Assembly (NCBI GenBank): GCA_031281265.1
Contig: JAITFO010000092.1
Span: 17,132 to 81,131 of the forward strand
DNA length: 64,000 nucleotides
Reading direction: 5' to 3'
Source: Candidatus Fibrimonadaceae bacterium
Lineage (GTDB): Bacteria; Fibrobacterota; Fibrobacteria; Fibrobacterales; Fibrobacteraceae
Below, one piece after another: positions 62,710 to 64,000 of the stretch. Position numbers and translations under genes: made by a program. Each line of letters starts with the position of its first letter. The stretch's first letter is position 1. The notes beneath the pieces were generated by a model. The model saw only the letters and a list, made by a program, of their open reading frames with translations, was not told where the DNA came from and made no database searches.

Positions 62710-63636
62710 ATGCAACTATACAGCCCGAATACAGCCATAAGCATAAAAGACTTGATTAGGCTATTTCCTAACGAAGAATCTGCAAGGATATACTTAGAAA
62801 ATCAAAGGTGGAATGGGAACATAACTTGCCCAAGATGCGGAAGCGGCAAAATAGGTAGCTTCGGCAAAAAAGCAGGTCAGCATAGATGCAATTCTTGCAA
62901 AAAGCCTTTCAACGTAAAAACAGGCACTATTTTTGAAAACAGCAAAATTCCTTTAGATAAATGGTTTCTGGCTTTTTACTTGATTATGACTGCTAGAAAA
63001 GGCGTTTCTTCAATGCAAATCTCAAAAGAACTTGGAATAACGCAAAAGTCGGCTTGGTTTATGTGCCACAGAATAAGAAACGCAATGAGAAGCAAGAATT
63101 TCATTTTAAGTGGCATAGTTGAATGCGATGAAACGTATATCGGCGGCAGGCTGAAAAATAAACGTAGAGGCAAGGAATCTATGGGTCGCGGACCTGTAGG
63201 CAAAATTCCTGTCTTCGGAATGATAGAGCGGAACGGCAGGCTGTCGTCAATGGTCATTCCTGACACGACTGGAAATACATTGCAAGGCATAATCAGAGAA
63301 AGCGTTGAGCAGAATTCTACTATTTGTACAGACGAATGGAAGTCTTATATCGGATTAGGGAACGATTACAAGCACTTGACCGTAAGGCATAAAATTGGTC
63401 AATTCACAGACGGGCTTGCTAGCACTAACACTATAGAAAGCGTTTGGGCGGTTTTAAAACGCGGCTATCACGGAACTTTTCATTATATGTCGCCTAAGCA
63501 TTTGCAGCGTTATGCAGACGAATTTGATTTTAAGCACAACGAAGGGAATGTTAAATATTTGACTATGGATAGGGTGAATAGTTTAGTTGCTGGTTGCTGG
63601 GACGCTAGGCTTAGCTGGAAAAGACTAGTGGCATAA
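62710..63636 (+). mobile_element. IS1595-family transposase gene (zinc-ribbon + ISXO2-like DDE domain); IS ends not delimited
   Basis: 'RWNGNITCPRCGS...HRCNSCKKPF' zinc ribbon, 'IVECDETYIGG' hallmark and 'CTDEWKSY'. I could not identify terminal inverted repeats within the window. Confidence 0.85.
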
Positions 63637-63648
63637 ATAATAATAATA

Positions 63649-63915
63649 ATGGTATCTAATATAATTTTTGAAAAAGTTTATAAGCCTAAAGAATCCGTTC
63701 AAGCCGGAAAACCTTCTACAGAAGTGCATTCATTGCCGCCGTGCTCGGAGCCGACTTTTGAAGTGATTCAGACAGACAATCACGACCATTTCACATTAGG
63801 CATTCCGAAATGCTGCTGCTGCGAGAAAATGCTCGAAAAACTCAACATTGAGGATTGCGATATTGAAATATATAAATCGCTCAACATCGAAGACTGCGAT
63901 GTTGAAATTATATAG
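63649..63915 (+). CDS. Small Cys-rich hypothetical protein (88 aa) with a duplicated LNIEDCD(I/V)EI motif
   Basis: Contains 'KCCCCEK'. Two 30-nt repeats (63841-70, 63880-909) differ at 5 positions, 4 of them synonymous, which argues for real coding. Confidence 0.45.
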   Translation: MVSNIIFEKVYKPKESVQAGKPSTEVHSLPPCSEPTFEVIQTDNHDHFTLGIPKCCCCEKMLEKLNIEDCDIEIYKSLNIEDCDVEII

Positions 63916-64000
63916 AAAATTGAATACCATATAAAACAATGAGAATTATATATCCCTGAAAAAAACATTGAAGTCTTTGAATGTTTTGCAACCGGAGCAG

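Overview
A densely coding 64 kb chromosomal segment of about 60 genes that looks like Fibrobacterota (Fibrobacter-like). Support for that placement: four copies of the 'Fibrobacter succinogenes major paralogous domain' (TIGR02145-type signature WMAENLNY...YGRLYNWE...CPxGWHLP), two GH5 endoglucanases, and a third secreted protein that also carries a T9SS-type C-terminal sorting domain. Clear housekeeping genes are ftsK, cpoB/ybgF, gap, hisG, cheR, xseB, nadM-Nudix, map, mltG, nuoA (solitary), tRNA-His, a CoA-transferase, a GGDEF response regulator and a sigma-54 enhancer-binding protein. Three multi-gene blocks stand out. (i) 15.0-26.0 kb, minus strand: a seven-gene envelope cluster of beta-helix/OmpA, beta-barrel+TPR, a 1290-aa TPR protein, ExbB, ExbD, ExbD and an AgmX/PglI-type TonB-like protein. 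(ii) 28.0-37.2 kb, minus strand: a tightly packed six-gene operon built around three paralogous 695-762 aa secreted proteins with OMP-like C-termini. It also encodes a CBM-like protein, a Cys-rich lipoprotein and a GH18-like protein lacking the catalytic Glu, and it sits directly downstream of the cellulases. I cannot place the three large proteins in any named family, and this is my best candidate for an undescribed system. (iii) 50-54 kb: a phosphatase / lamin-tail-domain lipoprotein / porin group with 11-bp-phased direct repeats in the divergent promoter. Small AT-rich accessory insertions include an Rpn (YhgA-like) nuclease, a 91-aa + HExxH-peptidase pair wedged between the two GH5 genes, a Panacea (DUF4065) antitoxin-like gene overlapping an unclassifiable 140-aa ORF, and an IS1595-family transposase with a Cys-rich passenger ORF. 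The ORF track misses a 59-aa Hc1/histone-H1-like gene and the tRNA. No CRISPR array or rRNA was seen. All calls come from reading the translations and the DNA by eye; no database search was run.
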